64,000 nucleotides of DNA from an uncultured Solirubrobacteraceae bacterium (lineage in GTDB: Bacteria; Actinomycetota; Thermoleophilia; Solirubrobacterales; Solirubrobacteraceae): assembly GCA_963697725.1 (NCBI GenBank), contig OY969096.1, forward strand, positions 1,947,438-2,011,437. Direction: 5' to 3'. The position numbers and the translations under genes were made by a program. Under the pieces are notes generated by a model. That model was given only the letters and a program-made list of their open reading frames with translations. It searched no databases and was not told the origin of the DNA. This document shows, one piece after another, positions 1 to 9,952 of this stretch (positions within the stretch are counted from its first letter, which is position 1; each line of letters begins with the position of its first letter).

Positions 1-360
1 TTCGCCGACGCCGAGATCCGCGAGACCTCCGCCGTGCTCGAGCCGGGCGACTCGCTCGCGCTCTACACCGACGGGCTGCTCGAGGCGCACGCGCCCGCAC
101 AAACGCTCACTGCCCGCGAGATGATCCAGGGCCTGGAGCGCAGCGCTCCCAGCGCCGCAAGCGAGTCGATCGACGCGCTGCTCGGGCTCGTCGAGCTGGA
201 CGAGCGGGTGCGCGACGACATCGCGATCCTCAGCGCACGCGTGACCCGGGCCGCGGGGCGGGTCACGAGCCTGAACCGGATGATCGACGTCGAGCAATCA
301 GCGCCGGGTAGCGAGCCCGGGCTCGCCGCCCCCGTAGGGCAAGACCGCCAGACCGGCTGA
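1..360 (+). CDS. SpoIIE/RsbU-like PP2C serine phosphatase, C-terminal part (5' end outside window)
   Basis: Frame open from base 1; motifs LYTDGLLEA and DDIAIL typical of PP2C_SIG/SpoIIE domains. Confidence 0.85.
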   Translation, partial: FADAEIRETSAVLEPGDSLALYTDGLLEAHAPAQTLTAREMIQGLERSAPSAASESIDALLGLVELDERVRDDIAILSARVTRAAGRVTSLNRMIDVEQSAPGSEPGLAAPVGQDRQTG

Positions 361-396
361 GCGGCTCCCGCAACCGTCTCTGATAGACCCCGCATA

Positions 397-1533
397 ATGG
401 GCGCGAGCGAGCCGCCGTCTCCCCGGCGATGGATCAGGCACCGGCGCGCGGGCGTGATCGTCGCGGCGATCCTGCTCGCCGGCCTGCTCGCGTTCGCGCT
501 CTCGCGCCTAGGCCTGCATCGGATTGGCCACGCACTCGTGACCGCAAGACCCGGCTGGGTCGCGCTGGCGTTCCTGCTGATGGCGAGTTCGCTGGTGCTG
601 CGCTCGATCTCCTGGCACCAGGTACTGCGCGCCGCGCTGCCCGAGACCCATATCCCCTGGCTCGCGGTCACGCGCGCGACGATGATCGGCGTGATGGGCT
701 CCGCCGTCGTGCCGGGCCGCATCGGCGAGCCCGCGCGCGCGGTCGTGATCACGCGCCGCTTGGACGGCTCGACGCGTCGCCAACTGCCGATCGTGGCCGG
801 CACCGTCTTCTCGCAGACGCTGATCAACCTGCTGGCGCTGGCGATCCTCGCGGGCATCACGTTCACGAGCGTGCCGCTGCTCAGCGGCCACCCCGCGGGG
901 ATCGCCACCGCGATCGCGATCCCGCTGCTGATCGCCGCGCTGGTCGTCGCGGGGCCGCGCCTGCTCGCGCTCGGCCAGCGCGCCCGCTCGCGGCGCATCG
1001 CTAGGTGGTCGGATGCGCTGGCCGGGGTGTTCGCGCTCGCGCGGCGCGGCCTGGTCGTGTTCGCGCGACCACGCTACGGCAGCACCGCGATCGGTGCCCA
1101 GCTACTCGCCTGGGCGCTGCAATGGCTCGCCTGCTACGCGGTGCTGCTGGCGCTCGGCCTGCAGCACAAGGCCGGGCTCGCCGCCGCCGCCGCGATCCTG
1201 CTAGCCGTCAACGTCAGCGCGATCCTGCCCGCGACCCCCTCGAACGTCGGCGTGTTCCAGGCCGCCTGCCTGGTCGTGCTCACCGCCTATGGGGTCGGCG
1301 GCGGGCAGGGTCTGGCCTACGGGATCATCCTGCAGGCCGTGGAGGTGCTGACCGCGCTCGGGCTCGGTATCCCCGCGCTGCTGGGCGAGGGCCTTACCTG
1401 GCGCGACATCCGCGCCGAGTCGCGGACCGAGGCCGAGCGCGCACGCACCGAGTCGATCGAGCTCGAGGCCTCAGAGGGAGCGCCCGAGGAGGCCGAGCCA
1501 GACGGAGTCTCAGCCGGCGATCGCGCGCAGTGA
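397..1533 (+). CDS. Lysylphosphatidylglycerol synthase TM-domain (UPF0104, flippase-like) membrane protein
   Basis: Many hydrophobic segments; PGRIGEPARA and PATPSNVGVFQ motifs; acidic tail; 24-bp convergent overlap with hpnH. Confidence 0.8.
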   Translation: MGASEPPSPRRWIRHRRAGVIVAAILLAGLLAFALSRLGLHRIGHALVTARPGWVALAFLLMASSLVLRSISWHQVLRAALPETHIPWLAVTRATMIGVMGSAVVPGRIGEPARAVVITRRLDGSTRRQLPIVAGTVFSQTLINLLALAILAGITFTSVPLLSGHPAGIATAIAIPLLIAALVVAGPRLLALGQRARSRRIARWSDALAGVFALARRGLVVFARPRYGSTAIGAQLLAWALQWLACYAVLLALGLQHKAGLAAAAAILLAVNVSAILPATPSNVGVFQAACLVVLTAYGVGGGQGLAYGIILQAVEVLTALGLGIPALLGEGLTWRDIRAESRTEAERARTESIELEASEGAPEEAEPDGVSAGDRAQ

Positions 1534-2511
1534 CTGACGCAAGGAGCTGGTCGTCTGCAGCACGGCAGTCGGCTCGTAGCCGCAGTGGGCCATGCAGTTT
1601 TCGCAGCGCGGGTCCTTGCCGCGACCGTACTTGTCCCAGTCGGTCGTCTCGATCAGCTCTTTGTAGGTCTTCGTGTAGCCGTCGGCCATCAGGTAGCAGG
1701 GACGCTGCCAGCCGAACAGCGAGTAGCTCGGGATGCCCCAGGCGGTGCAGTCGAATTCCGCCTTGCCCTCCAGGAAGTCCAGAAACAGCGGGCTGTGGTT
1801 CAAGCGCCACTTCTTGCGCCGGCCTTCGCTGAAGGCCTCCTTGAACAGCTTGCGAGTCTCGGTCACGCCGAGGAAGTGTTCTTGGTCGGGCGCTTTCTCA
1901 TACGCATAGGCCGGCGAGATCATCATTTCGTCGACTTCGAGGTCGTCGTTGAGGAAGTCGAGCACCTCGCGCACGGTCTTGGGCGAGTCCTGTGTGAAGA
2001 AGGTCGTGTTGGTCGTCACGCGGAAGCCTGCCGCCTTCGCGGCCTTGATCGCCGAGACCGCCTTCTCAAACACGCCCTCGCGCTCGACCGAGGCGTCGTG
2101 GCGCTCCTGCAGACCATCCATGTGCACGGCCCAGGAAAAGTAAGGGCTCGGCTTGAAGTTTTCGAGCTTCTTCTCCAGCAGCAGCGCGTTCGTGCAGAGG
2201 TAGACGAACTTCTTGCGTTTGATCAGTTCGTCAGCGATCACGTGAATCTCTGGGTGGATCAGCGGCTCGCCGCCCGCGATCGAAACCATCGGGGCGCCGC
2301 TCTCCTCGATCGCCCCGATCGCCTGCTCGACTGGCATCCGCCGGCGCAGCTCGTGCTCGGGGTGCTGGATCTTGCCGCAGCCAGAGCAGGCCAGGTTGCA
2401 CTGGAACAGCGGCTCGAGCTCGACGATCAGCGGGAACTTTTCGCGTTTGGCCAGACGCTGGCGCATCAGGTACCAGCCCATGCGCGTGCTCTGCCTGACT
2501 TTGGCTGCCAT
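1510..2511 (-). CDS. hpnH: Adenosyl-hopene transferase, radical SAM
   Basis: FPLIVELEPLFQCNLACSGCGKIQHP (CxxxCxxC), SIAGGEPLIHP, C-terminal CENCMAHCGYEP; inside hopanoid operon. Confidence 0.95.
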   Translation of the reverse strand: MAAKVRQSTRMGWYLMRQRLAKREKFPLIVELEPLFQCNLACSGCGKIQHPEHELRRRMPVEQAIGAIEESGAPMVSIAGGEPLIHPEIHVIADELIKRKKFVYLCTNALLLEKKLENFKPSPYFSWAVHMDGLQERHDASVEREGVFEKAVSAIKAAKAAGFRVTTNTTFFTQDSPKTVREVLDFLNDDLEVDEMMISPAYAYEKAPDQEHFLGVTETRKLFKEAFSEGRRKKWRLNHSPLFLDFLEGKAEFDCTAWGIPSYSLFGWQRPCYLMADGYTKTYKELIETTDWDKYGRGKDPRCENCMAHCGYEPTAVLQTTSSLRQSLRAIAG

Positions 2512-2521
2512 CGTTCGTACC

Positions 2522-3133
2522 TTAGCCCTCTGGGTCCCAGTCCTGAAGCGCGACCCTCGCAGCGTGGCGCAATGCCTGCGCCGCCTTTAGCGCCCCGCCT
2601 ACGGCCTGCACCCGAAAAAGCTCATGGCTGGGGCTGTCCAGCACGACCCGCACGACCGCGAACGGCCGCCCCGCCGCGCCGTCCGCGAGCCACGCCGACT
2701 CCATGTCGACCGCGAGCGCGCCCGCGGCGCGCAGCTGTTCGCGACGCTCGCCCGTGGCGATCTTACCCACGCCCACGATCGGCCCCGTGCGCACGATCAG
2801 CCCCGCGCGGTCGAGCGCGTCGCCGAGGCGTGCGGCGCCATCGCAGCGCGCCCGTACGGGGTCGCGGCCTTCGTCGCCGCTCGCCATCACCTCGTCGGCC
2901 ACGATCACTTCACCCGGGCGCGAGCGCTCGTCCAGACCACCGCAGAAGCCGAGCACCATCAGCGCATCGCCGCGTTCGCCGCGCAGCCGCTCCGCGGCGG
3001 CCAGCGACTTCTCGGGCCCCATCCCGGTCTTACGCACGTGCGCGCCGCGCGCGCCCGAGCGGATCAGCGCCTCCTCCACGCTCAGCGGGGCGGCTACCAG
3101 CACGTTGCCAATGCGGGGGGGCGACTGGCTCAC
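2522..3133 (-). CDS. hpnG: Hopanoid-associated phosphorylase/nucleosidase (PNP/MTAN fold)
   Basis: GFCGGL and AVDMESA motifs; GTG start at 3133 overlaps upstream TGA (GTGA); between hpnE and hpnH. Confidence 0.8.
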   Translation of the reverse strand: MSQSPPRIGNVLVAAPLSVEEALIRSGARGAHVRKTGMGPEKSLAAAERLRGERGDALMVLGFCGGLDERSRPGEVIVADEVMASGDEGRDPVRARCDGAARLGDALDRAGLIVRTGPIVGVGKIATGERREQLRAAGALAVDMESAWLADGAAGRPFAVVRVVLDSPSHELFRVQAVGGALKAAQALRHAARVALQDWDPEG

Positions 3134-4574
3134 GACGCTCCCACCGTCTCGGGCTCCAGCGTGCCCAGCGCGGCGCTCGCGGCCGCGTGCCCGCTCATCA
3201 CCGCGCTCTCGAGCGTCGCCGGCCAGCAGGTGTCGGTCCACGTGCCCGCCAGTGCTAGACCCGGCACGCGCGTGCGTGAGCTGGGGCGCAGCGCCGCGGT
3301 GCCAGGGCCCGCGCGGAACGTCGCCGCGTGCTCGCGGGTCGCCAGGAAGCGCTCCACCGTGGCGCCTCGCGCTCGCGGCAGCAGCTGCTCGATCGCGGGC
3401 AGGTAGCGCTCGCGCAGCGCCTCGACGCTCAGCTGCATCTCGTGCGCGGCGCCCGACAGCGAGACCGCGAGGTACTGGCAGCCCGGCGGCGCCTCCGCGG
3501 CGGCACTGCGATCAAACAGGTACTGCACGGGCGTATCCACGCCCGCCGCGAACGGCTGCTCGCACACAACCCGGTCATAGACGACGTGCAGGTTCACGAT
3601 CGGCGAGCTACCTAGGCCTTTGATCGCGCCGGCCGTCTCCGGCAGGAGCGGCTCGATCAGGCTCGCGGCGCGCGCGTGCGGCAGCGCGACGATCACGGCC
3701 TCGGCACTGAGGCCGTCACCGGTGTCAAAACCCTCCCCCCAGCCGCGCCCTCGTCGTCGGCCTCAGCATCGAGATGCCCTGCGGCTGGGGCACTTGGCGC
3801 GCCGCCCGCCCGGCCCTGGCCACCCTGCACCTCAAATCCACCCTCCGACCGTCGCAGCCGCTGCGCTCGCCAGCCGAGGCGAAACTCGACGCCGGCCTCG
3901 GCCAGCGCCGCCTGCGCCGGATCTCCAATCACGTCCGCGAGCGTCCCCACGTGGAACCCGATATCACCCGCATCCGCGCTCCCCAGCAGGCCGGTCTGGA
4001 ACACGAACGCGCCGAGCGCCAGGGAGGCCTCGGCGGCGGGCAGGTTGAGCGTGGGCAGCGCGATTAGGTCCCACAGCGCCGCCAGCGAACGCTCGTTCTG
4101 GCCGAGATCGGAGAGCCAGTCGCCGAGCGTTCGCTGATCGAGCGCCGGATCGCTCAAATCGAGCGCGCCGAGTGCCCGCGCCGCCAGCGCGGCGCTGAAG
4201 CGCTGCGCGGGGCTCAGGTGCGGATAGCGTGCCAGCGCGCCCGCCAGGTGCAGCGGCGGCGGCAGCGTGCCCCGACGTAGCACCACCGTCGGCTTGCCTG
4301 GGCTCAGCACCGGGATCTCCAGACGCTCCTGAACCGAGACGTGGTGCGCTGAGCCCAGCCGCTCCAGCAGCGCGCGGTAAGCAGTGCAGCAACGCAGGAA
4401 CACGTGCTGGCCGTTGTCCAGGCGCATGCCGTCGCGCTCGAAGGAGTAGGCCGCGCCGCCCAGTCGCCGCCTGACCTCCACCAGCGTCACCTTCGCGCCC
4501 GCGTCCGCGCAGTCGAGCGCCGCGGTAATCCCGGCGAGGCCGCCCCCGATCACGACCACACGATGAGCGCTCAC
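3130..4574 (-). pseudogene. hpnE: Hydroxysqualene dehydroxylase HpnE split by an apparent 1-bp frameshift (ORFs 3693-4574 and 3130-3696)
   Basis: 5' ORF has VIGGGLAGITAA and DNGQHVFLRCC; 3' ORF has SPIVNLHVVYD and LAGTWTDTCWPATLESAVMSG; frames join at a G6 run (C run 3735-3740); may be a sequencing error. Confidence 0.85.
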
Positions 4575-5509
4575 GTGCGGCCTCCCGCGATGCTGCGAAG
4601 CGCCACGAGCAGCTTCTCGCCGCCCGACAGCGAAGTGCGCGAGCTCAGCGCACGCGCGGGGTCCGCCTCGATCCGCTCCAGCAGCCGGTGGTAGATGCCC
4701 GCCATCGCCGAGACGCAGGCCGCGCTGCGTCGGTCAAGCAGCGGCACGAGCTGCAAGCCCCGGTCAAACCACTCCTGTGCACGCGCGGCCTGAAAGTGCA
4801 CGAGTTTCGCCAGCGCATCCCCCTCCCGGGCCGCCAGCTCGGCCAGCAGCCGCGCCGAGCGCGCCATCTCGACGGGCGCGACATCCTCGTCGTTGCCGAC
4901 CACGACGCCAAACCGGCGCAGGTCCTCCGCGGGTAGGTAGACGCGCCCGTTCTCCGCATCCTCGCGCACGTCGCGCAGGATGTTCGTCAACTGCAGCGCG
5001 ACGCCGAGCTCGTCGGCGAGCCGTTCCATCTCCTGCTGCTCGACCCCACCCTCGGCTCGCTTGGCGAAGATCGCCAGGCACACCCGCCCGATCGCGCCCG
5101 CGACCCGTCGGCAGTAGAGCACGAGATCCTCAAAGCGCTCGTAGCTAACCCCTTCGACGTCCATGCGCACGCCCTCGATCAGCTCCCCCAACGCTCCGGG
5201 CGGCAGCGAGAAGCGCCGATGCGCGTCCGCCAGCGCGATCAGCACGGGGTCCTGCGCGGGGACCGCGCCCGAGCGTTCGAGCTCGGCTAGCTGCTCCGCC
5301 CCCTCGTCCAGCAGCGTCAGCTTGCGACCGCGCTCGAGCTCGCCGTCGCCGATGTCGTCGATGCGGCGAGCGAACGCGTAGGCGGCGCACATCGCGCGCC
5401 GGCGCTCACGCGGGAGCAGGCGGATTCCGTAGTAGAAGTTGGCCGCCTGCGCGCGTGTGATCGCCTCGCAGCGGTCGTAGGCCTCGCTGGTGGAGATCGC
5501 GGGGCTCAC
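4571..5509 (-). CDS. hpnD: Presqualene diphosphate synthase
   Basis: NFYYGIRLLP, FARRIDDIGD, LQLTNILRDVREDAENGRVYLP. Confidence 0.92.
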   Translation of the reverse strand: MSPAISTSEAYDRCEAITRAQAANFYYGIRLLPRERRRAMCAAYAFARRIDDIGDGELERGRKLTLLDEGAEQLAELERSGAVPAQDPVLIALADAHRRFSLPPGALGELIEGVRMDVEGVSYERFEDLVLYCRRVAGAIGRVCLAIFAKRAEGGVEQQEMERLADELGVALQLTNILRDVREDAENGRVYLPAEDLRRFGVVVGNDEDVAPVEMARSARLLAELAAREGDALAKLVHFQAARAQEWFDRGLQLVPLLDRRSAACVSAMAGIYHRLLERIEADPARALSSRTSLSGGEKLLVALRSIAGGRT

Positions 5510-6408
5510 GCGGTAGACGGACCGCCCCCGGCGCGCGCGGCGCGGCGTCCGGCGAGGGTCGCGACGAGCGCGAGCAACCGGCGCGTCGAGGACGCCCGCG
5601 GCGGCCCTGAAAGCACTTCGTAGCCCGCGCGCTCGATCGCGTCGAAGGCCGCCCGCCCGCCCGCGGCGAAGGCGGCGACCGCCAGCCGCTCGCGACCACG
5701 CAGCTGCCCGATCAAGGGCGCGCCCTGATCCAGCAACCGCCGACCGCGCGCGACCTCAAACGCGAGCACCGCGCGCAGATCGCCGCCGCCGGATGAGCTG
5801 GCGGATGAGCCGCCGCCGACCTGCTCGGCCTCGCAACCGAAGCGCGCGAGGTCCTCGGCGGGCAGGTACACGCGCCCAGCGTCGTAGTCCTCGGCCACGT
5901 CCTGGCAGTGCTCGGCCAGCTGCAGCGCGGTGCAGATCGAGTCAGACAGCGCGATTCGCTCGGGGGTGGCGGCGCCGAAGACGCCGAGCACGATCTCGCC
6001 CACAGGGTTGGCCGATAGCGCGCAGTAAGCCCGCAACTGCTCCCAGGTCTCGTAGCGGCTAACGCGCTGGTCCATGCGGTTGGCCTCGATCAGCCGCCGA
6101 AACGGCTCCTGGGGCAGCCCACGGGCCCGTATCGTGACCGCGAGCCGCTGCATCAACGGATGCTGAGCGGCGCCCGCGTAGGCACGCTCCAGTTCGTCTT
6201 CCAGCCAGTCGAGCGCGACAAGCCGATCGCCCTCGCCGCTATCGCCCAGCTCGTCGACCAGCCGGGCGAAGCCGTAGACCGCGAGCAGATGCCCCCGCAC
6301 GCGCCGCGGCAGCGCCCTGCTGGCGACGGGGAAGTTCTCGGTCTCCGCGCGCGCCATCACCTCCCGCGCACTCGGGCCCGGCGGCGCGGCGTCGGCCAGC
6401 AGCATCAT
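5506..6408 (-). CDS. hpnC: Hydroxysqualene synthase
   Basis: ETENFPVAS, YGFARLVDELGD, LSANPVGEIVL, QDVAEDYDAGRVYLP; start trimmed to ATG 6408 just after the shc stop. Confidence 0.92.
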   Translation of the reverse strand: MMLLADAAPPGPSAREVMARAETENFPVASRALPRRVRGHLLAVYGFARLVDELGDSGEGDRLVALDWLEDELERAYAGAAQHPLMQRLAVTIRARGLPQEPFRRLIEANRMDQRVSRYETWEQLRAYCALSANPVGEIVLGVFGAATPERIALSDSICTALQLAEHCQDVAEDYDAGRVYLPAEDLARFGCEAEQVGGGSSASSSGGGDLRAVLAFEVARGRRLLDQGAPLIGQLRGRERLAVAAFAAGGRAAFDAIERAGYEVLSGPPRASSTRRLLALVATLAGRRAARAGGGPSTA

Positions 6409-6421
6409 CTCCGCCGCGCGG

Positions 6422-8359
6422 TCATCCCCGACAGCGGCCGAGCGCCATGATCGGGAACGCGAGACGGTACAGGTGATAGTTGATGTAGTAGTCAGAGGGG
6501 AAGCCCGTGCCGGTGTACTGCGGCTCGTCCCAGCCCCCGTCCGCGCGTTGGCTGCCCACCAGCCAGCTAATACCGCGCTCGATTGACGCCGCCGTCGCCG
6601 CACTCGCGGCGCCGATCTGCCCGTTCGCGCCCGACGAGCCCATGCCCGTTGAGGCGACCGCGTGCAACGCCAGCAGCGCCCAGCCGGTCTGCGAGGCGGT
6701 GCTCGGCCCGCGTCCGATCCACTCAACCTCGTCATAGGAGCGCGGATCCTCGCCCCAGCCGCCGTCTTCGTTCTGGTGCTCGAGCAGCCAGCGCACGGCG
6801 CGCGTGATACAGGGGTCAGATGGTTCGAGACCAGCTGCGATCAGCGCGGGCAGCGCGGCGCCAGTCCCGTAAACGTGGTTGACGCCCCAGCGCCCGAACC
6901 ACGAGCCGTCGTCCTCCTGCTGCTCGATCAGCCATTGCACGCCGCGGTGCCCCACAGGGGTGTCGATCCCGCCAAGCATCGCGAGCGCCTCGATCGCGTG
7001 CGCGCTGACGTCGGCGCTGGGCTCATCGATCACCTCGCCGAAGTCCAGGAACGGCAGCTCGCGCACGAGCGCCCTCGTGTTCTCGGCGTCAAACGCGCCC
7101 CAGCCGCCGTTCGCGCTCTGCATGCCCACCAGCCAGCGCGCCGCGCGATCGACCGCCGCGTCGAGCTTCGGGGTGCGGTTCAGACGGCGCAGTGCGAGCA
7201 CGACCTCGGCGGTGTCGTCGACGTCGGGGTAGTTGTCGTTCTCGAACTCAAACGCCCAGCCGCCAGGCTGAAGCTGCGGTCGGGCCACCGACCAGTCCCC
7301 GCGCACGGTCACCTCCTCGCCGAGTAGCCACTCACCCGCGCGCACGAGCGCGGGGTGGTCGGCAGGCAACCCCGCGTCGCTAAGCGCGATCAGCGACAGC
7401 GCCGTGTCCCAAACAGGTGACTGACACGCTTCCAGGCGGCGACTGGCGCCCACGGGCGCACCGACGCCGTGCTGGTCGTCGTGGTCCTCGACCATGAAGC
7501 GGTCAATTCCCTCCAGGCCACGCCGCATTACCGGGTGATCGATCGGGTAGCCGTTCAGGTGCAGGGCAATCAGCGAATAGACCCACGGCGGCTGGATCCC
7601 GCCCCAGGAGCCATCCGCCTCCTGGCGGCGGACGATCCAGCGCTCGGCGCGGGCGACCGCGAGGCGCTGCAGCGGACGGATCGGATGACGCTCATAAAAG
7701 CGCGTGACCGAGTCGAGCACCCGCAAGGCGCGCGAGCGCTCGGCACGGGCGTCAGCGCCGCCGTAGTCGAGCTCGTCGAGGTCGAACGGGAGTCGACGCG
7801 CCGGCCGGTGCGCTTTCACGAGCGACAGCGCGACGATCGTCTGGCGCGCCCAGCAGGCGAAGTCGTAGACGTTCAGCGGTACCCACGACGGCAGCAGGAT
7901 CACCTCCGGCGGCAGCGCCGGCACGCGGTCCCACGACCACAGCCCGAACAGCGCCAGCCACAAGTGCGTGAACACCCGCGCTCGCGCGACGCCACCCTGA
8001 GAGCGGATCCACTCGGCCGCGATCCGCATGTGCTCATCCGCGGGTGAGTCACCCGCCAGCCGCAGCGCCCAATAAGCCTCGATCGTCGTCGACAGCTCGC
8101 CCGGAGCCCCGTAGAAGTTTGCCCATGTGCCGTCGGCCCGCTGCTGCGAGCGAATCCAGGCCGCCGAGCGCTCGGTGCCCTCAGCCTCGCGCACGCCGAG
8201 GAACTCCCGCAGGAGCATGTCCTCGGCGTCCATCGTCACGTTCGTCTGCAGCTCTCCCTGCCACCAGCCGGCCTCGTCCTGAAGGGAGAGCAGGTACTCG
8301 CAGGCCTGCTGCAGCGCCACCTCAGCCTCGTTTCGGGCCTCTACTGTTGATGACGCCAT
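6422..8359 (-). CDS. shc: Squalene-hopene cyclase
   Basis: YPDVDDTAEV (DxDD), QW repeats (QRADGTW, QEADGSW, QEDDGSW, QNEDGGW), SPVWDTAL. Confidence 0.97.
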   Translation of the reverse strand: MASSTVEARNEAEVALQQACEYLLSLQDEAGWWQGELQTNVTMDAEDMLLREFLGVREAEGTERSAAWIRSQQRADGTWANFYGAPGELSTTIEAYWALRLAGDSPADEHMRIAAEWIRSQGGVARARVFTHLWLALFGLWSWDRVPALPPEVILLPSWVPLNVYDFACWARQTIVALSLVKAHRPARRLPFDLDELDYGGADARAERSRALRVLDSVTRFYERHPIRPLQRLAVARAERWIVRRQEADGSWGGIQPPWVYSLIALHLNGYPIDHPVMRRGLEGIDRFMVEDHDDQHGVGAPVGASRRLEACQSPVWDTALSLIALSDAGLPADHPALVRAGEWLLGEEVTVRGDWSVARPQLQPGGWAFEFENDNYPDVDDTAEVVLALRRLNRTPKLDAAVDRAARWLVGMQSANGGWGAFDAENTRALVRELPFLDFGEVIDEPSADVSAHAIEALAMLGGIDTPVGHRGVQWLIEQQEDDGSWFGRWGVNHVYGTGAALPALIAAGLEPSDPCITRAVRWLLEHQNEDGGWGEDPRSYDEVEWIGRGPSTASQTGWALLALHAVASTGMGSSGANGQIGAASAATAASIERGISWLVGSQRADGGWDEPQYTGTGFPSDYYINYHLYRLAFPIMALGRCRG

Positions 8360-8365
8360 GTAGGG

Positions 8366-8371
8366 AACTTA
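8366..8371 (-). promoter_or_regulatory. Candidate -10 (TAAGTT) of a leaderless shc/hopanoid operon promoter
   Basis: TAnnnT 6 nt upstream of the shc ATG, no Shine-Dalgarno; overlaps the stop of the upstream gene. Confidence 0.55.
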
Positions 8372-9952
8372 AATGTTTTGATCGGACGACGACATTTGCA
8401 GGTGCAACGGGCTTATGCCCGCGACCAACCTAGAGACGTCCGCGCCGCTCGGCACGAGCACCTCCGGATGGGCCAGCGTGATCACATGGCGGCGCAGTTC
8501 CGCCTCAGAGACTGTGCGAGGGATCGAGGATACGAAGCGATACACGATCAGCCCGTCGACGTTTCGCCGTTCGCGCAAACTAAAGCCGGGCGCAGGCGGA
8601 GAACTAGCCCCCTCGCGCAGCGGCGCGTAGCCCGTCTCATCGATCTCTGAGACCCTCACCGAGTCGTGTCGGGAAAGGTTTCGCAGGTGCATCGGCGCGA
8701 GGTAGAACTCCAGCGGCGCCGCTCCCAGCTCGACGGTCGTGAGCACCCGCTGCGGGCTCGCGGCGCCCTTGGGCGCGCCCTCGCGCAGCGCCTTAGCCAC
8801 GTCACGCCAGTTGCCGCGCTGTAGACGGGGACTCAGATCGACGTCGATCGAGATCGCCAGGAACGCGGTGATGCTCGCCGCGAGCAGCAACGCGCCGAGC
8901 GGACCCTCGATCGCGGCGAGCAGGATCGCGAGCAGCACGCTGAGGGGAATCATCGCGCCGACGAGGTTGCGCGGCGCGAGATAGTCGGCACCGAACGCGG
9001 CTAGCACGATCGGCGCGAGCACGGCGAAGGCCGTGATCGAAAAGGCAATCCAGGCCGCTTCGTGCTGGGCGCCAGGCGGACGCACGAGCAGGCGCCAGAG
9101 GCCGTAGGCCGCGCCAAGCAGGAGCGGCAGCGCGACCAGCAGCTCGACGCCGTGCCCGAGCGGCCCGCCGGAGTAGCCGGTGAGGTAGTACTGCGGGATC
9201 GCCTGCAGGCGGCTCGACAGCGCCCAGCGGCCGATCCACTGCGTGCCGTGACCGCCCTGCGCTGAGATCAACGGCAACAGCGCCAGGCCGACAAGCGCGA
9301 GCGCGCCAAGCGCCGGCAGCGCGGCCCTGCGCGTGGCCTTCTCGCGCAGCAGCCAGAGCGCCATCGGTAGCAGCAGGAACACCGCGAAGTAGTGGGTCAA
9401 GAGCGCCAACGCGCCGCTCAGCGCAAACGCCGCGATCCGCCCGCGCGTTGGCTGGTGCAGCGCGCGCGCGAAGCACAGCATCGCCAGGGCGCTCATCAGC
9501 ACGAACAGGCCATAGGCTCGCGCCTCCTGCGAGTACCACACGAACAGCGGGTTGACCGCGACGATCGCAGCGCCGATCAGCGCCACGCGTCGGCCCGCGA
9601 GCTCTTTGCCGAGCGCCCATACGGCCGGCACCGTGGCGATCCCCGCCAGCGCCGAGGGCAGCCGCAGCGCGAGCGCGCCGTCGCCGAGGAGGCGCACATC
9701 CACCCACGCCAGCAGGTACCACAGCGGGGGCGTGTTCTCGCTGTGCACGATCGAGTGCAGCGTCGCGCCGAGGCCCGCGTGCAGCACGTGCACGGGCGTG
9801 AACGCCTCGTCGTACCAGAAGCTCTGCAGTGTCAGCGTGCTCAGGCGCAGCGCCGCGGCGAGCACGATCAGCGCCGCCAGCGGCCACCACGACGGCGTCT
9901 GGCGTTCGCTCCTCGCCGCCGAGGGCGGCGCGGCGGCGGCAACGGCGCTCAC
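8369..9952 (-). CDS. GT-C glycosyltransferase, PMT/GT39-ArnT-like
   Basis: QSFWYDEAFT, ENTPPLWY, WYSQEARAYGL, THYFA motifs; multiple TM segments; GTG start overlaps upstream TGA. Confidence 0.85.
   Translation of the reverse strand: MSAVAAAAPPSAARSERQTPSWWPLAALIVLAAALRLSTLTLQSFWYDEAFTPVHVLHAGLGATLHSIVHSENTPPLWYLLAWVDVRLLGDGALALRLPSALAGIATVPAVWALGKELAGRRVALIGAAIVAVNPLFVWYSQEARAYGLFVLMSALAMLCFARALHQPTRGRIAAFALSGALALLTHYFAVFLLLPMALWLLREKATRRAALPALGALALVGLALLPLISAQGGHGTQWIGRWALSSRLQAIPQYYLTGYSGGPLGHGVELLVALPLLLGAAYGLWRLLVRPPGAQHEAAWIAFSITAFAVLAPIVLAAFGADYLAPRNLVGAMIPLSVLLAILLAAIEGPLGALLLAASITAFLAISIDVDLSPRLQRGNWRDVAKALREGAPKGAASPQRVLTTVELGAAPLEFYLAPMHLRNLSRHDSVRVSEIDETGYAPLREGASSPPAPGFSLRERRNVDGLIVYRFVSSIPRTVSEAELRRHVITLAHPEVLVPSGADVSRLVAGISPLHLQMSSSDQNI

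Noticed and set aside
3724-3741. GGGTTTT next to the hpnE break as a programmed -1 frameshift heptamer
   Set aside because: Zero-frame codons are AGG GTT TTG, so the heptamer is not in X XXY YYZ phase; a G-run indel is simpler
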